IMG/VR virus record: IMGVR_UViG_3300045974_000283 | Coordinates: 32,001-96,000 of that record | DNA length: 64,000 nucleotides | Direction: 5' to 3' (one strand) | Origin: a virus | Part shown: one piece after another, positions 55,302 through 64,000 of the stretch | How positions within the stretch are numbered: the first letter of the stretch is position 1 | Layout: the number at the start of each line of letters is the position of its first letter | Notes under the pieces: model-generated | Seen by the model: the letters and a program-made list of their open reading frames with translations, nothing else | Database searches by the model: none | What the model was told of the DNA's origin: nothing | Made by a program: the position numbers and the translations under genes

Positions 55302-55649
55302 TCATTTACTCAGGTGGTCGCGGAGTGCCTTCTTCTCGTGCTCACGGCCGAGATCGAACCCGGCCTTCATGGCCTGCTCCAGTGCGAGAGCGATTTCAGA
55401 CGCAGCAGGCTTCCCTGCTTGGGCACTGAAATCGAATCGGGCGACGGTCTGGGCGTCTTCGTTCCGAATGATCAGTTCCGTGACATCGAATTCCTGGCGC
55501 ATCATTCCGATGAGGCGGCGCTCACTGAGCGGGAACGGTGAGTGAAATTTGGTCAGGTCAAGCGGGCCCTCCACTAATGGGTGCTGGGACTTGAGTGCCG
55601 TGGGTGTTGGGTTGCGCTTGGATTCCAAGGGATGATTGTCGGAAGGCAT
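55302..55649 (-). CDS. Hypothetical protein (start MPSDNH)
   Basis: GGAG RBS before ATG 55649; the longer track ORF overlaps the upstream gene. Confidence 0.6.
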   Translation of the reverse strand: MPSDNHPLESKRNPTPTALKSQHPLVEGPLDLTKFHSPFPLSERRLIGMMRQEFDVTELIIRNEDAQTVARFDFSAQAGKPAASEIALALEQAMKAGFDLGREHEKKALRDHLSK

Positions 55650-55657
55650 AAGAGCTC

Positions 55658-56173
55658 CTAAATGCAAGTGAGGACGTTGAACATGCGCTCGCCAAGGCGG
55701 GTGACCGCGATGGACGTGAGCATGGACGGGATGTGATGGACGACCAGATGCTGACTGCGGAACATCATCTGCGGTTTCATGTGCGGCACCTGATTGACGA
55801 TGGTATCCGAGCGCAGCCGCTTCAGGTCGAGTTGCGAAGCCCTCAGCTTGTTGACCGAGTAGAGCAGCGTCGGCAGGCACTCGAAGCCACGGATAGGCCG
55901 GAAGACGTACAGCTTCGGCAGCGCGTCGACGACGTCTTGCTTCTTCTTGGCGAGGAACGGCTTCGAGCCTTTCGGCAGCGCTTGGTAGATCTCGAAGTTC
56001 GGGGCGACATCACGCATCGCGCCGTACTCGTGAAGCTCGTACTCGCCGAGGGCCGGGGCCTCGTTCGGAGCGAACAGGACCGCTCGCTGTTCCGAGGGCA
56101 GCTCCGTCTGCACGAAGATGCCCGTAGGCATCTGCGCCAACAGGTTGAAGGGTTTGACGGAAGGGTCAGTCAT
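55658..56173 (-). CDS. Hypothetical protein
   Basis: Operon packing. Confidence 0.65.
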   Translation of the reverse strand: MTDPSVKPFNLLAQMPTGIFVQTELPSEQRAVLFAPNEAPALGEYELHEYGAMRDVAPNFEIYQALPKGSKPFLAKKKQDVVDALPKLYVFRPIRGFECLPTLLYSVNKLRASQLDLKRLRSDTIVNQVPHMKPQMMFRSQHLVVHHIPSMLTSIAVTRLGERMFNVLTCI

Positions 56174-57338
56174 CGGACTCTTCCGTGTCTACGGTGTCAC
56201 CGGTCATGTCGGCCTGAAGCAGAGCGATGTAGCCGATAGCTCCCGATATACGAAGCGTTGAGAAGTCGTTGATGACATCAAACACCAGATGCGGGGCCGT
56301 CGCTTTGGACGTTGTCTGCTTGGCGACAGCGGTCGAGAGGAAAGTAAAGTCAATTGAGAACTCCTTGGCGTTGCCCGTCTTGGGCAGCATGAGGGAAGTG
56401 GAACCCGAGTTGGACTCGACGGTGAGCCGGGTAGACTCCTTGGGGCCGGGCTTGAAGCGAGCTGAGGCACCCTCAGAGGCCAGCGAGCGGCTATTCTCCA
56501 TGAACGCCTTGATGGTCTCGAAGCTGACCGACAGACTGTGCTCGGGCTTCGCCGCTGCGGACTCGCGAAGCATGGAGAAGACGTCGTCGGCGGACAGCGC
56601 CTCGCTCAGCATCGGCAGGGTTTTCCGGAGGCGGAATTTCTCAGCGGTGGCAACGAAGAACTCACCATCGACGTAGCACTTCGCGTTCGCCTCGGGAAGC
56701 CCCTTGACCAGAGAGAGGAACTCCATGTAAGGAAGTTCCAAGCGAACGGTCGGTAGAGGCGGCTCGCTTGCCTCACCTTTGGACTGGTGCTCCCGCTTGT
56801 AGCAGAGCTGGAGGCGGTCGAAGCAAGCCACGAACCGCGAGGTCGATGTGATGTCGACAAGAAGCTGAGGGTCGGACAGAGTTGAGTGCAGCTTGGTGAC
56901 GCTGACCATCGGTATGACCGTCTGGAGCCACTTCTGCAGAGGCGCTGTCAGGGTGAACGCCTTGACGTCTTCGCCTTCCGGCTTGAGAATCTTGGCTGGA
57001 GGTTCCGCCTCTGCGACGGGCATCGTAGCCGTGTAGCTGCCGGAACGAATCTTCAGCTGTTGCTCGCTGAGGCTTAGGGTGCCGGACTTGCGGCCCTTGA
57101 TGGCGGACTGCAAGGAAGACACGGCCACGGATACGGCGGAGTCGCCGTCGAGTCCTAGGTTGATGCCGTCCAGAACACACGACACCTCCGCGCCGGGTAC
57201 GACGGCTGAGAGCAGAGTGCGGTCGCCGTGGGCGGAGAAGATGACCTTCTCAACGGAGCCGCAAACGGCGATGATGATCTTCAAGGAGATCTCCAGAGAG
57301 GAGATATCGCTTGGTGGCTCGGGAGTTTTCTTGTTCAT
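56166..57338 (-). CDS. Sliding clamp (DNA polymerase III beta-like)
   Basis: 390 aa with three repeated alpha/beta domains; FVACFDRLQL resembles the beta-clamp domain-2 AVATDGHRL position; lies in the replication module. Confidence 0.6.
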   Translation of the reverse strand: MNKKTPEPPSDISSLEISLKIIIAVCGSVEKVIFSAHGDRTLLSAVVPGAEVSCVLDGINLGLDGDSAVSVAVSSLQSAIKGRKSGTLSLSEQQLKIRSGSYTATMPVAEAEPPAKILKPEGEDVKAFTLTAPLQKWLQTVIPMVSVTKLHSTLSDPQLLVDITSTSRFVACFDRLQLCYKREHQSKGEASEPPLPTVRLELPYMEFLSLVKGLPEANAKCYVDGEFFVATAEKFRLRKTLPMLSEALSADDVFSMLRESAAAKPEHSLSVSFETIKAFMENSRSLASEGASARFKPGPKESTRLTVESNSGSTSLMLPKTGNAKEFSIDFTFLSTAVAKQTTSKATAPHLVFDVINDFSTLRISGAIGYIALLQADMTGDTVDTEESDD

Positions 57339-59680
57339 ACGGTTGACCTTCTGGGTGCAGGCGCATTAACAGGGAGTGGCTGATACTTCGCGGGGCGTGA
57401 GCCAGTCTCGGCGCGTAGGGTGTTGACACGTTTCAAGGTCGCGTTGAATTCCTTGACCTGTTCGGAGGACAGTGTGGATTGCTTGGACATCTTCATGAGA
57501 CGTTCACTAAGTCGTTTGATGTCTTTGAACCTTGGGTCGGCGGCGCGTTCAGCGCGGAGCCGTCGCATGCGTTCGGCTGTAGTTTCCCGATTGGAGTCCT
57601 TCTGCCGGAGTTTCCGGTGTTGTTCTACCTCAGCTCTGGCGGCGGCCTTCTTCGCGATCTGTTCAGCTTTCTGAGAACTGGTGAAGTTGGTTTCGTCTCC
57701 GGACTCTCCCATGAAGGCGTTCCATGTGGAAGGCCATACGAATCGAGGTTCGTGTTCCATACCCGGAACTTCTCCTGGATCCCCCATAACGGTGGGTCGG
57801 CCGCCGAAGGCAGTCTTCAGGTGTTCCGCAGTGAAGACATCAGGCACGATGACGATCACTCTGTTTGTCGACCTGATGTCTCGTATGGAGGTGCGAGCCA
57901 CTGATTGGGCGCAGGCCGAGATCAGCATATCTTTGCTGATGTCAAAGGGGACGGCGGACTTCTTGACGTAGGGTATGTGAGCGGTCCTGGAGTTGAAGTA
58001 CTCCTTGATGAAGCTCGCCATCAACGGAGTGGGATTCAACGCCGAAAGGAACGTGATAGCGTTGTAACCCTTGAACTCGTTGAGCCCGTGGCTGTAAGAA
58101 CTGATCTCTTGAAATTTGCTGGATACTGGAGCAAGGTCCATTGTCTCGGCCTCGTAGTATCTCCAGTGAACGCCATCCATCCACGCTTTGCCTTTCTCCT
58201 TGCCTCGGGTCGCAGCTGCGTAACCTTCTTTCGGCTGGTTGAAAACCAGAAGGGACAGCTTATCTGTTTCGCCCGAAGTCTTTAGTCGCCAGTTCTCATC
58301 AGAGATGTTGGTGAAACGGTGGAGGATCTCTCCAGCAGTCTGAATGAACCAGGATAGGGGGCGGGTGTGAAGCTGATCAGGATTCGAAGGCGTCGTGTTC
58401 ACCTGTGTGGTTCTTGCGAGTTCGACAAACTTGTCGAGGTATTGTGTGTATGCCTTCGAAATATTCTTTGGGCGACGCGAGGAATTGGCGAACCCCGTTC
58501 TGGCGTAGGCTTCCAAGTCACCGAGGGTGTTGCGGTCTATCTTGAAGGTCTTTCCACGAGCGATACCCTTGAGCTTGTCGAAGGCCGAGAGACTGATCAA
58601 CACGCCCCGTTCCATTCTGGTGCGGCTCAATGGTTTCTCTTCCTGGGTCAAAGGGATGATATACATTTCATCAAGACGATCCTTCAGACGTTGCGCACGA
58701 GGCGAGCTTTTCATCTGCTGTCGTAGCTCGGGGTCACTACCGTCAAGCAAGTTGACCATGCGAACACGCGAGTCGCGGTTCAGGAGGTAGAACATTTGCG
58801 ACTCTTCGATCCATGCTGAGGCCAGCACGACACGGCGATACCCGAAGAACATATCCATCGGAACGGTGACGTGAACCAAGTCGGACAGTATATCAGGCGT
58901 TGGATTTTGTAAATTGTCTTTACTCATTCTCATGTAGACATGGGCACGGGCCGACCAAGACGCCTCGACCAGTCGGATTAGTGCTGCTCGGCTCAGGCGA
59001 GTGCGGCCTGCTGACTGGAAGCGGATCGACTTGTCCTTAAACATGGCATCGATGCGTTCGGGAGCTTCGTTCAAGGCTCGAACGCGAGCAAACCCCTTGG
59101 CGTCCGGAGCTAGGGCCGGATCTAGAAACTGCGCATCGGTTCCAAAGATATTTACGACCTGCTCGCTGGTCAAGGCGATGTTTGACGGTTCCATGGCGCA
59201 GGCCCGCATCTCGTCGAAGTAGACAGAGACATCCGAGGTCCACTGCTGACCAGATGGAAGGTGAGAAAAGGCTTCGTGGGTGATCAGAACGACCGAGCCC
59301 GGCTTCAAGGCGGGCAAACCCTCCTCGTCGGTTCCAGGCCGGGGCTTGGCTCCAAGCGCAATAGATATCTCACGATTCATCGTGACCTTGCGAAGGGTGT
59401 TCCTGGCCTCGTCGGTGATCGCGTAGATGTAGTCGTCAGCCTCTTGCTCGGTGAACAGACCAGCGGCTGTGGACTTCTCTCTGAGCGAATCGTGAACTTG
59501 ATTCAGCAGTCTGTAGGTTGGAGCGCAGAAGATAGTGACGCGAGTCTTCCTAGCATCTTCGTCTTCGTTGGCGTGATATGCCTCAAGCCAGCGCAGTATG
59601 GAGATCTCGATCCAGTGTGTCTTACCGGAACCGGGTAGAACCGATAGGTAGTGAATGACGGTTTCGGGTAGGCGTTTCAT
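57335..59680 (-). CDS. SF2-like origin-binding / replication initiator protein
   Basis: Likely start MKRLPET at 59680 (CCTCC-poor context, but the upstream extension is AT-rich); SVLPGSGKT, LITHEAF, VYFDEMR, AQSVART motifs; basic C-terminal TTAERMRRLR helix. Confidence 0.6.
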   Translation of the reverse strand: MKRLPETVIHYLSVLPGSGKTHWIEISILRWLEAYHANEDEDARKTRVTIFCAPTYRLLNQVHDSLREKSTAAGLFTEQEADDYIYAITDEARNTLRKVTMNREISIALGAKPRPGTDEEGLPALKPGSVVLITHEAFSHLPSGQQWTSDVSVYFDEMRACAMEPSNIALTSEQVVNIFGTDAQFLDPALAPDAKGFARVRALNEAPERIDAMFKDKSIRFQSAGRTRLSRAALIRLVEASWSARAHVYMRMSKDNLQNPTPDILSDLVHVTVPMDMFFGYRRVVLASAWIEESQMFYLLNRDSRVRMVNLLDGSDPELRQQMKSSPRAQRLKDRLDEMYIIPLTQEEKPLSRTRMERGVLISLSAFDKLKGIARGKTFKIDRNTLGDLEAYARTGFANSSRRPKNISKAYTQYLDKFVELARTTQVNTTPSNPDQLHTRPLSWFIQTAGEILHRFTNISDENWRLKTSGETDKLSLLVFNQPKEGYAAATRGKEKGKAWMDGVHWRYYEAETMDLAPVSSKFQEISSYSHGLNEFKGYNAITFLSALNPTPLMASFIKEYFNSRTAHIPYVKKSAVPFDISKDMLISACAQSVARTSIRDIRSTNRVIVIVPDVFTAEHLKTAFGGRPTVMGDPGEVPGMEHEPRFVWPSTWNAFMGESGDETNFTSSQKAEQIAKKAAARAEVEQHRKLRQKDSNRETTAERMRRLRAERAADPRFKDIKRLSERLMKMSKQSTLSSEQVKEFNATLKRVNTLRAETGSRPAKYQPLPVNAPAPRRSTV

Positions 59681-59721
59681 GGAGGTTTGAGGTTTGTGTT
59701 GCGGCCTATAAACATGGGGAG

Positions 59722-59943
59722 CGTGTTTGCGCAATTAACAAGTCGCGCTGGACAAACACGGTTGAATACCCAAAAGAAGTGTTTGCAGTGGGCATCGCTT
59801 ATTAAAAGTTCAAAACGTGTTTGGCCACCTTCCCCTATATAATATGTTTCTTATAGGGATTACTGGCCAAACACGTTTTCAACGTAGGGGCCGTTATAAC
59901 ACCCATTTGGAAGTATCCCTATACGGGGATTGTTTATAACACC
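59722..59943. other. Candidate replication origin (AT-rich, iteron-like repeats, cruciform)
   Basis: Five (C)GTGTTTG copies in alternating orientation; 16-bp perfect inverted repeat 59812-59827/59864-59879; TTATAACACC twice. Confidence 0.6.
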
Positions 59944-60422
59944 TTTTCAAAATCAATCAAAATTCTAACGACTGAGTCCCGTCAGGGCTCAGGCGCAATC
60001 ACCTGAGCGTAAGCGAAGGTGATGACGGAACGAATTCCGTATCCACACTCCAGTTGGGATGTGGGATCCTGGAAACCTGAGTATCGTTCATTTCGGCCTG
60101 CGGCCTCATTCACGCGCCTTCGGCCCTTCGGGACCTCAGTTGGAATTAGAAATTCTTTGGAAAGGATAAACCCTTCCCTAAGACAGAAACGATAGATTCC
60201 GCGATGCCAGCGATGTCCGCTGCAAACACTCCTGGATTCCAGGAAAAGATGCCCATTTTTCACCTGTATGGGCAAACCCTGCTAGACGCGGAAAACCCTT
60301 CGTTTTAGACCGTCCAGGAACGAATAGGACGTCTAGTTTGGTCTAACCCGCTGGCCGGAGGCCGAACCTAAACTAAGCCACCGGGCAAATCTGCCAAAAC
60401 CCCAGAAATATAGACAAAACCC

Positions 60423-60451
60423 TTGCGCTGATACTGTTTTGAGCGTATAAT
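60423..60451 (+). promoter_or_regulatory. Sigma70-type early promoter
   Basis: TTGCGC-17 nt-TATAAT upstream of the first plus-strand gene. Confidence 0.75.
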
Positions 60452-60514
60452 GAGCTCAGGGGGTCGTTTTGTCACGCACCACCCGTAAACTGCCCATTTT
60501 TGGAGCTTTGCACC

Positions 60515-60619
60515 ATGAAACCACGCACTCGCACCCGCTTGCTCGCGATTCTCGGCAACATCGCCGTTCTTGCGATCTTCGCCTTCATCGGCGTTCTCAT
60601 GGGTCTGGGGTTCCACTGA
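60515..60619 (+). CDS. Unannotated 34-aa single-pass membrane peptide
   Basis: MKPRTRTRLLAILGNIAVLAIFAFIGVLMGLGFH*; GGAG RBS; TGATG coupling to next gene. Confidence 0.7.
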   Translation: MKPRTRTRLLAILGNIAVLAIFAFIGVLMGLGFH

Positions 60620-60864
60620 TGAACGCCCCGACCGCCAAAACCGCGTTCCAGTCCACGTCGCCCTGCGGGGTCACCTGGACCAATCAGCGGGTCGCACTCC
60701 AGAAAGACATGGTCTTCGGCGTGTGCGTCCTGTCTGAAGAGGGTTGGAAGCCCCTCGCTTGGCTCAGCCGCGAAGACCTCGAAATGGTCCGCCGCCTGTG
60801 CGACCGTCACGCCGGGAACCCGTTCGCTGCTGATCTCGACCACGCGATCAAGGTGGCAACGTGA
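60619..60864 (+). CDS. Early hypothetical protein
   Basis: Start MNAPTAK coupled to previous stop. Confidence 0.7.
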   Translation: MNAPTAKTAFQSTSPCGVTWTNQRVALQKDMVFGVCVLSEEGWKPLAWLSREDLEMVRRLCDRHAGNPFAADLDHAIKVAT

Positions 60865-61067
60865 GCAAGCGGTTCAAGATGACCGCCGCCGAGCGCAAGG
60901 TTTGGAAGGCAGAGAACCCTCGCTATCAACGGCCTCCCGATCAGGTCTGCGCTCACTGCGGCGCTCGGGTTCCCGGCTCTGACCTTGGACTGCTCTCGCA
61001 AGCGATTCAAGGTCACAAGCCTGTCTGTTCATACGAGTGCAACAAGGCACTCGGTCAAGTCGAGTAA
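60861..61067 (+). CDS. Small zinc-finger protein (TRASH/MYM-like)
   Basis: CAHC...CSYEC; GTGA coupling. Confidence 0.65.
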   Translation: MSKRFKMTAAERKVWKAENPRYQRPPDQVCAHCGARVPGSDLGLLSQAIQGHKPVCSYECNKALGQVE

Positions 61068-61093
61068 TTCCGTCACGTCCCGAAAGGTTCACC

Positions 61094-61783
61094 ATGTCTA
61101 AAGATCACATCCGCGATCACACCATGTCCTCCCCCAAGTTCGACAAGAGCTTGCCCACGCCCAAGCACTGGATGACCGTCCCGTTTCCGTACGAGCACAC
61201 CTTGATCAGCTCGATCGAGGAAAAACGGCAGCGGCAAATCCTCGGGAACGGCAACGTCGGCAACCTGACCGACATCCTGTGGACCTTCCCTTTCGGAGAG
61301 CACCCCACCTGGACGGCGAACGCGACCGATGACCCGGTCGCTCTGATAATCCACTTCCCGGATCCGCTGAAGCGCTTCTCGCATTCGCTCGCCGATCTGC
61401 CGCTCCAGCGCGCTCGTCTTTGGGTTCGTGCGTTTCTGCGCTGGGAAACCGACCCGGCTCGCAAGACGCAGCTTCTCGAACTGAGCGAGAAGGTCCTTGA
61501 CCGGCGCTCGGCCGAGTACAAAGCGCACCGCGACTCCAATCGCGCTCTGCCCTTCGGCGGTGTTCTGTACTGCAAGGATTCCGCCACCGGCGAGTCCGAC
61601 CTCTGCGTCCAGTCCGAAGAATTCCCGACGCTCACCCCGTTCGAGAGTTTGAACCTGTCGCAGATGGACGACCACATCCGCCATGTGCAGCGCATCGCGT
61701 CGCTCATGATTACCAAGCGCCGTCTCGCTTGCGCACAGTTCGCGCAGAAGTGCGCCGACGGCTCCCTGTTCAAGTCGGTCTGA
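61094..61783 (+). CDS. Early hypothetical protein
   Basis: AAAGG RBS before ATG 61094; typical codon bias. Confidence 0.7.
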   Translation: MSKDHIRDHTMSSPKFDKSLPTPKHWMTVPFPYEHTLISSIEEKRQRQILGNGNVGNLTDILWTFPFGEHPTWTANATDDPVALIIHFPDPLKRFSHSLADLPLQRARLWVRAFLRWETDPARKTQLLELSEKVLDRRSAEYKAHRDSNRALPFGGVLYCKDSATGESDLCVQSEEFPTLTPFESLNLSQMDDHIRHVQRIASLMITKRRLACAQFAQKCADGSLFKSV

Positions 61784-61789
61784 TCCACC

Positions 61790-61826
61790 GCCGCCCAAAA
61801 CCGTAAATCTGGGGCGGCTCTTTGTT
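61790..61826 (+). terminator. Probable terminator
   Basis: GCCGCCC/GGGCGGC stem followed by TCTTTGTT. Confidence 0.5.
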
Positions 61827-61855
61827 CCATCGTCACCATCCTTAGGAGAACCATC

Positions 61856-62143
61856 ATGGGCTCACGCATTTCCATCCCTCTCGTCAACCTGCTCGGCAAC
61901 CCGGAAGTTCGCGTCGAGCTTCGCACTCTTGCCGATCAGGACGCTCCTACCAATCTCGTCCACGAAGCCGTCATCCACTGGCCGAACAATCACCTGGAGT
62001 GGGTCATGAACTACTCGATCCACGAAGGCAAGATCGAGTTGGAAAGCGACTGCAACCTGATGCGCTACACCGAGGAAGAGCGCTTGGACTTCCTCGGTCC
62101 GCTGTTCCAGAACAGCGTCTCCTTCAACGTCATCGTCGGCTAA
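61856..62143 (+). CDS. Early hypothetical protein
   Basis: AGGAG RBS. Confidence 0.75.
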   Translation: MGSRISIPLVNLLGNPEVRVELRTLADQDAPTNLVHEAVIHWPNNHLEWVMNYSIHEGKIELESDCNLMRYTEEERLDFLGPLFQNSVSFNVIVG

Positions 62144-62155
62144 GGAGCCCAAACC

Positions 62156-62587
62156 ATGGAAAGCCTTTTCGCCGATCCTCGCATCACTACCGCTGCCAGT
62201 CAGATCGCGTCTATGGTTCTTGGCGGTCCTTGGCCTGTCTACTTCAAGGTTTCGGGCCTGATGGAAAGGGTCATTCAGAAGCCCAAGCCCGTTGCGCCCA
62301 CTGAAGCCGAAATGGAGTTGATGGACCAAGACCCCGACGCCCTCGCCCCGCATGTCGTTTGCGAACGCGATCGTCTCATAAAGACCTTCGCTCGCAACAC
62401 GCGCGACTATCGCCACCTGAAGGAACACTTCATCGCGGCACTGACCGAGGCCCTGCAAGCGAAGTCCGTTCGTGAACTGTGCCCTTGCATCATCTCGCAG
62501 GTCGGCGCTATCCGCGAAGCCCACGACGAGGCCTACGTCGTGCTCCGCGAGCCCGAACAAAGCGAGTGCTACGTTCTGGCCCTGTAA
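62156..62587 (+). CDS. Early hypothetical protein
   Basis: AAGGAG RBS. Confidence 0.75.
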   Translation: MESLFADPRITTAASQIASMVLGGPWPVYFKVSGLMERVIQKPKPVAPTEAEMELMDQDPDALAPHVVCERDRLIKTFARNTRDYRHLKEHFIAALTEALQAKSVRELCPCIISQVGAIREAHDEAYVVLREPEQSECYVLAL

Positions 62588-62599
62588 ATTTCCCCCACG

Positions 62600-62617
62600 G
62601 CCCTTCGGGGCTTTCTT
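62600..62617 (+). terminator. UUCG-loop terminator
   Basis: GCCC-TTCG-GGGC-TTTCTT. Confidence 0.55.
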
Positions 62618-62638
62618 CATCATCACAGAAAGACCATC

Positions 62639-64000
62639 ATGTCCACATCCAAGCCCATGTCGCGTTTCATCCCCAAAGCCCGAGCTGAGGAGGATGCCGT
62701 TGCCAAGGTCTCCGCCAAAATGGAGCGCGAGCGCGTCCGCGCCGAGACCGCTCGCAAACACGCCTACGAATGGGAACTCGCCCGCTTGAAGGCCGATGAA
62801 TCCGTGATTCACTTGATCGAAGCTGTCAACACTCAGGCCAAGCGTTACGTGACGCTTTCCAAAGACAAGCGCGGGCTCCAGGCTTCCGTCCGTAAGACGG
62901 CCTTCATCACGGACATCGTCTTCTGGTGGCCGACTACTGCCCAAAATCGCAAGTCGCATCTGCTGAGCGACTTCACGATCACGCAGGGTCGCCGCATTCT
63001 GGCCGCGTTGACCCACTTCAACGGTGGACGCAAGCAACTCCTCAAGGAAGCTGCCGAGGCGGTCTTCGCTGTCAAGAAAGCCGAACTCGCTAAGAAGCGC
63101 GAGATCGCCGACTCGACTCAGGCTACTGAGCCCGCGAAGCGCAAGTCCGTCAAGATCATCCGTGGCACCCCGAAGGCTCCGGTCATTTCGCATCCGGACG
63201 AGGACGACAACCGCGACGGCGGTGGGATGCCTGCTGCCAAGCCTGCCCCGTTCGTGAACGCCTACGAAGAATCCAAGGCGTTCGTGAAGGAAGCTCTGAA
63301 AGTCATCAGTACTCCGCTTCCCGCAGATAGCCTGCCTCCGGCAGAGGGCAAAACCAAGGATGCCCCACCCAAGAAGTGGAGACACGGCTCTAAAGCTTCC
63401 AAGGAGTTCGTCGACATGGCCGACGCGGCCTTTGCTCGGCTCCGTGACGTGATCCGACCTGAAGACCGAGCGGACACCGACGTGATCGATGACAGCCACG
63501 ATCAGCAGGACGACGATCCGTCTGTTCCGCGCGACCCCTACGCGGAGGCGTTGTATCTCGCGACCCTCGCGAAGCGGCAAGGCAAAGCCCGCGAAACCAA
63601 GTTTGATACCTCGTTGATCCTGTCTCCATCGGAGTTCAGCGACATGGTCGACGAGATCTTCGCTCGGCTCAAGAACCACCGTCGTGATCATCCGGCCTAC
63701 CGATTCGTCACCTTCTTCTACGCCGCCTCGGGTCTCAAGTACGAGCGTTCGTGTGAAGTCGGGCTGCAAGCGCTCCCGCTGGAAGTTGTCGAAGTGACCA
63801 AACGGTACGTCGCGCTCTCGCACCCAGACCTCGACGTTGCGGTTCTGTACGAACGGGCGACCCGCGTCGTTCACATCAGCATCTCTGGAACCATGATGCG
63901 CGTCGAGGCGGGCGACCCGACCTGGAAAACCTTCGCTTCCTGGGAAGGCCCCAATCCGCGCAACGAATGGGTCCTGCTGCTGATCGACGACGGCACAGGA
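62639..64000 (+). CDS. Large hypothetical protein, truncated by window end
   Basis: Not in ORF track; read by hand as open from MSTSKPMSRFIPK through ...EWVLLLIDDGTG (454 codons). Confidence 0.8.
   Translation, partial: MSTSKPMSRFIPKARAEEDAVAKVSAKMERERVRAETARKHAYEWELARLKADESVIHLIEAVNTQAKRYVTLSKDKRGLQASVRKTAFITDIVFWWPTTAQNRKSHLLSDFTITQGRRILAALTHFNGGRKQLLKEAAEAVFAVKKAELAKKREIADSTQATEPAKRKSVKIIRGTPKAPVISHPDEDDNRDGGGMPAAKPAPFVNAYEESKAFVKEALKVISTPLPADSLPPAEGKTKDAPPKKWRHGSKASKEFVDMADAAFARLRDVIRPEDRADTDVIDDSHDQQDDDPSVPRDPYAEALYLATLAKRQGKARETKFDTSLILSPSEFSDMVDEIFARLKNHRRDHPAYRFVTFFYAASGLKYERSCEVGLQALPLEVVEVTKRYVALSHPDLDVAVLYERATRVVHISISGTMMRVEAGDPTWKTFASWEGPNPRNEWVLLLIDDGTG

Noticed and set aside
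59722-59943. CRISPR array
   Set aside because: Repeats are 7-16 bp, inverted and irregularly spaced; no constant repeat-spacer period.
59982-60275. 97-aa ORF in the origin region
   Set aside because: Atypical codon usage and no convincing RBS; region better explained as structured non-coding DNA/RNA.
61862-63874. 670-aa minus-strand ORF
   Set aside because: Antisense shadow of three RBS-bearing plus-strand genes; expected from strong third-position GC bias.
1-64000. Stop-codon reassignment, inteins or introns
   Set aside because: Core genes (TerL, portal, MCP, sheath, DnaB) are intact and of normal length under the standard code, and all three stops are used at gene ends.

Overview
This 64-kb window is part of a large, GC-rich (roughly 60% by eye) contractile-tailed phage genome. 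From memory, the gene order and protein styles resemble RSL1/Lu11/Y3-type jumbo myoviruses; I did not verify this by search. Positions 1-59.7 kb are almost entirely coded on the minus strand. In transcription order they carry: a replication module (SF2-like origin-binding protein, sliding clamp, UvsW-like helicase, possible helicase loader, DnaB helicase); packaging genes (possible TerS, TerL, portal); a ~17-kb cassette of 13 modular fibre/appendage-like proteins; a ferritin-like gene, GH19 endolysin and three membrane proteins; head genes (scaffold, decoration protein, major capsid); the tail and baseplate; and the start of a probable topoisomerase IB-like gene. An AT-rich, repeat-rich intergenic region at 59.7-60.45 kb looks like a replication origin. 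It is followed by a sigma70-type promoter and plus-strand early-type hypothetical genes. The main candidates for novelty are: (i) an RF2-like +1 frameshift site (CTT-TGA) extending the tail chaperone; (ii) a recurring strand-specific CAHTTTTA motif in front of late gene blocks, partly hidden inside coding sequence; (iii) an appendage cassette built from pairwise-shared anchor domains; (iv) one FN3-like module present in both sheath and baseplate; (v) an origin with iteron-like repeats in cruciform arrangement beside its putative initiator. I saw no tRNA, rRNA, CRISPR array, reverse transcriptase, integrase or intein. All protein calls rest on motifs, synteny and recalled family features, not on database searches.
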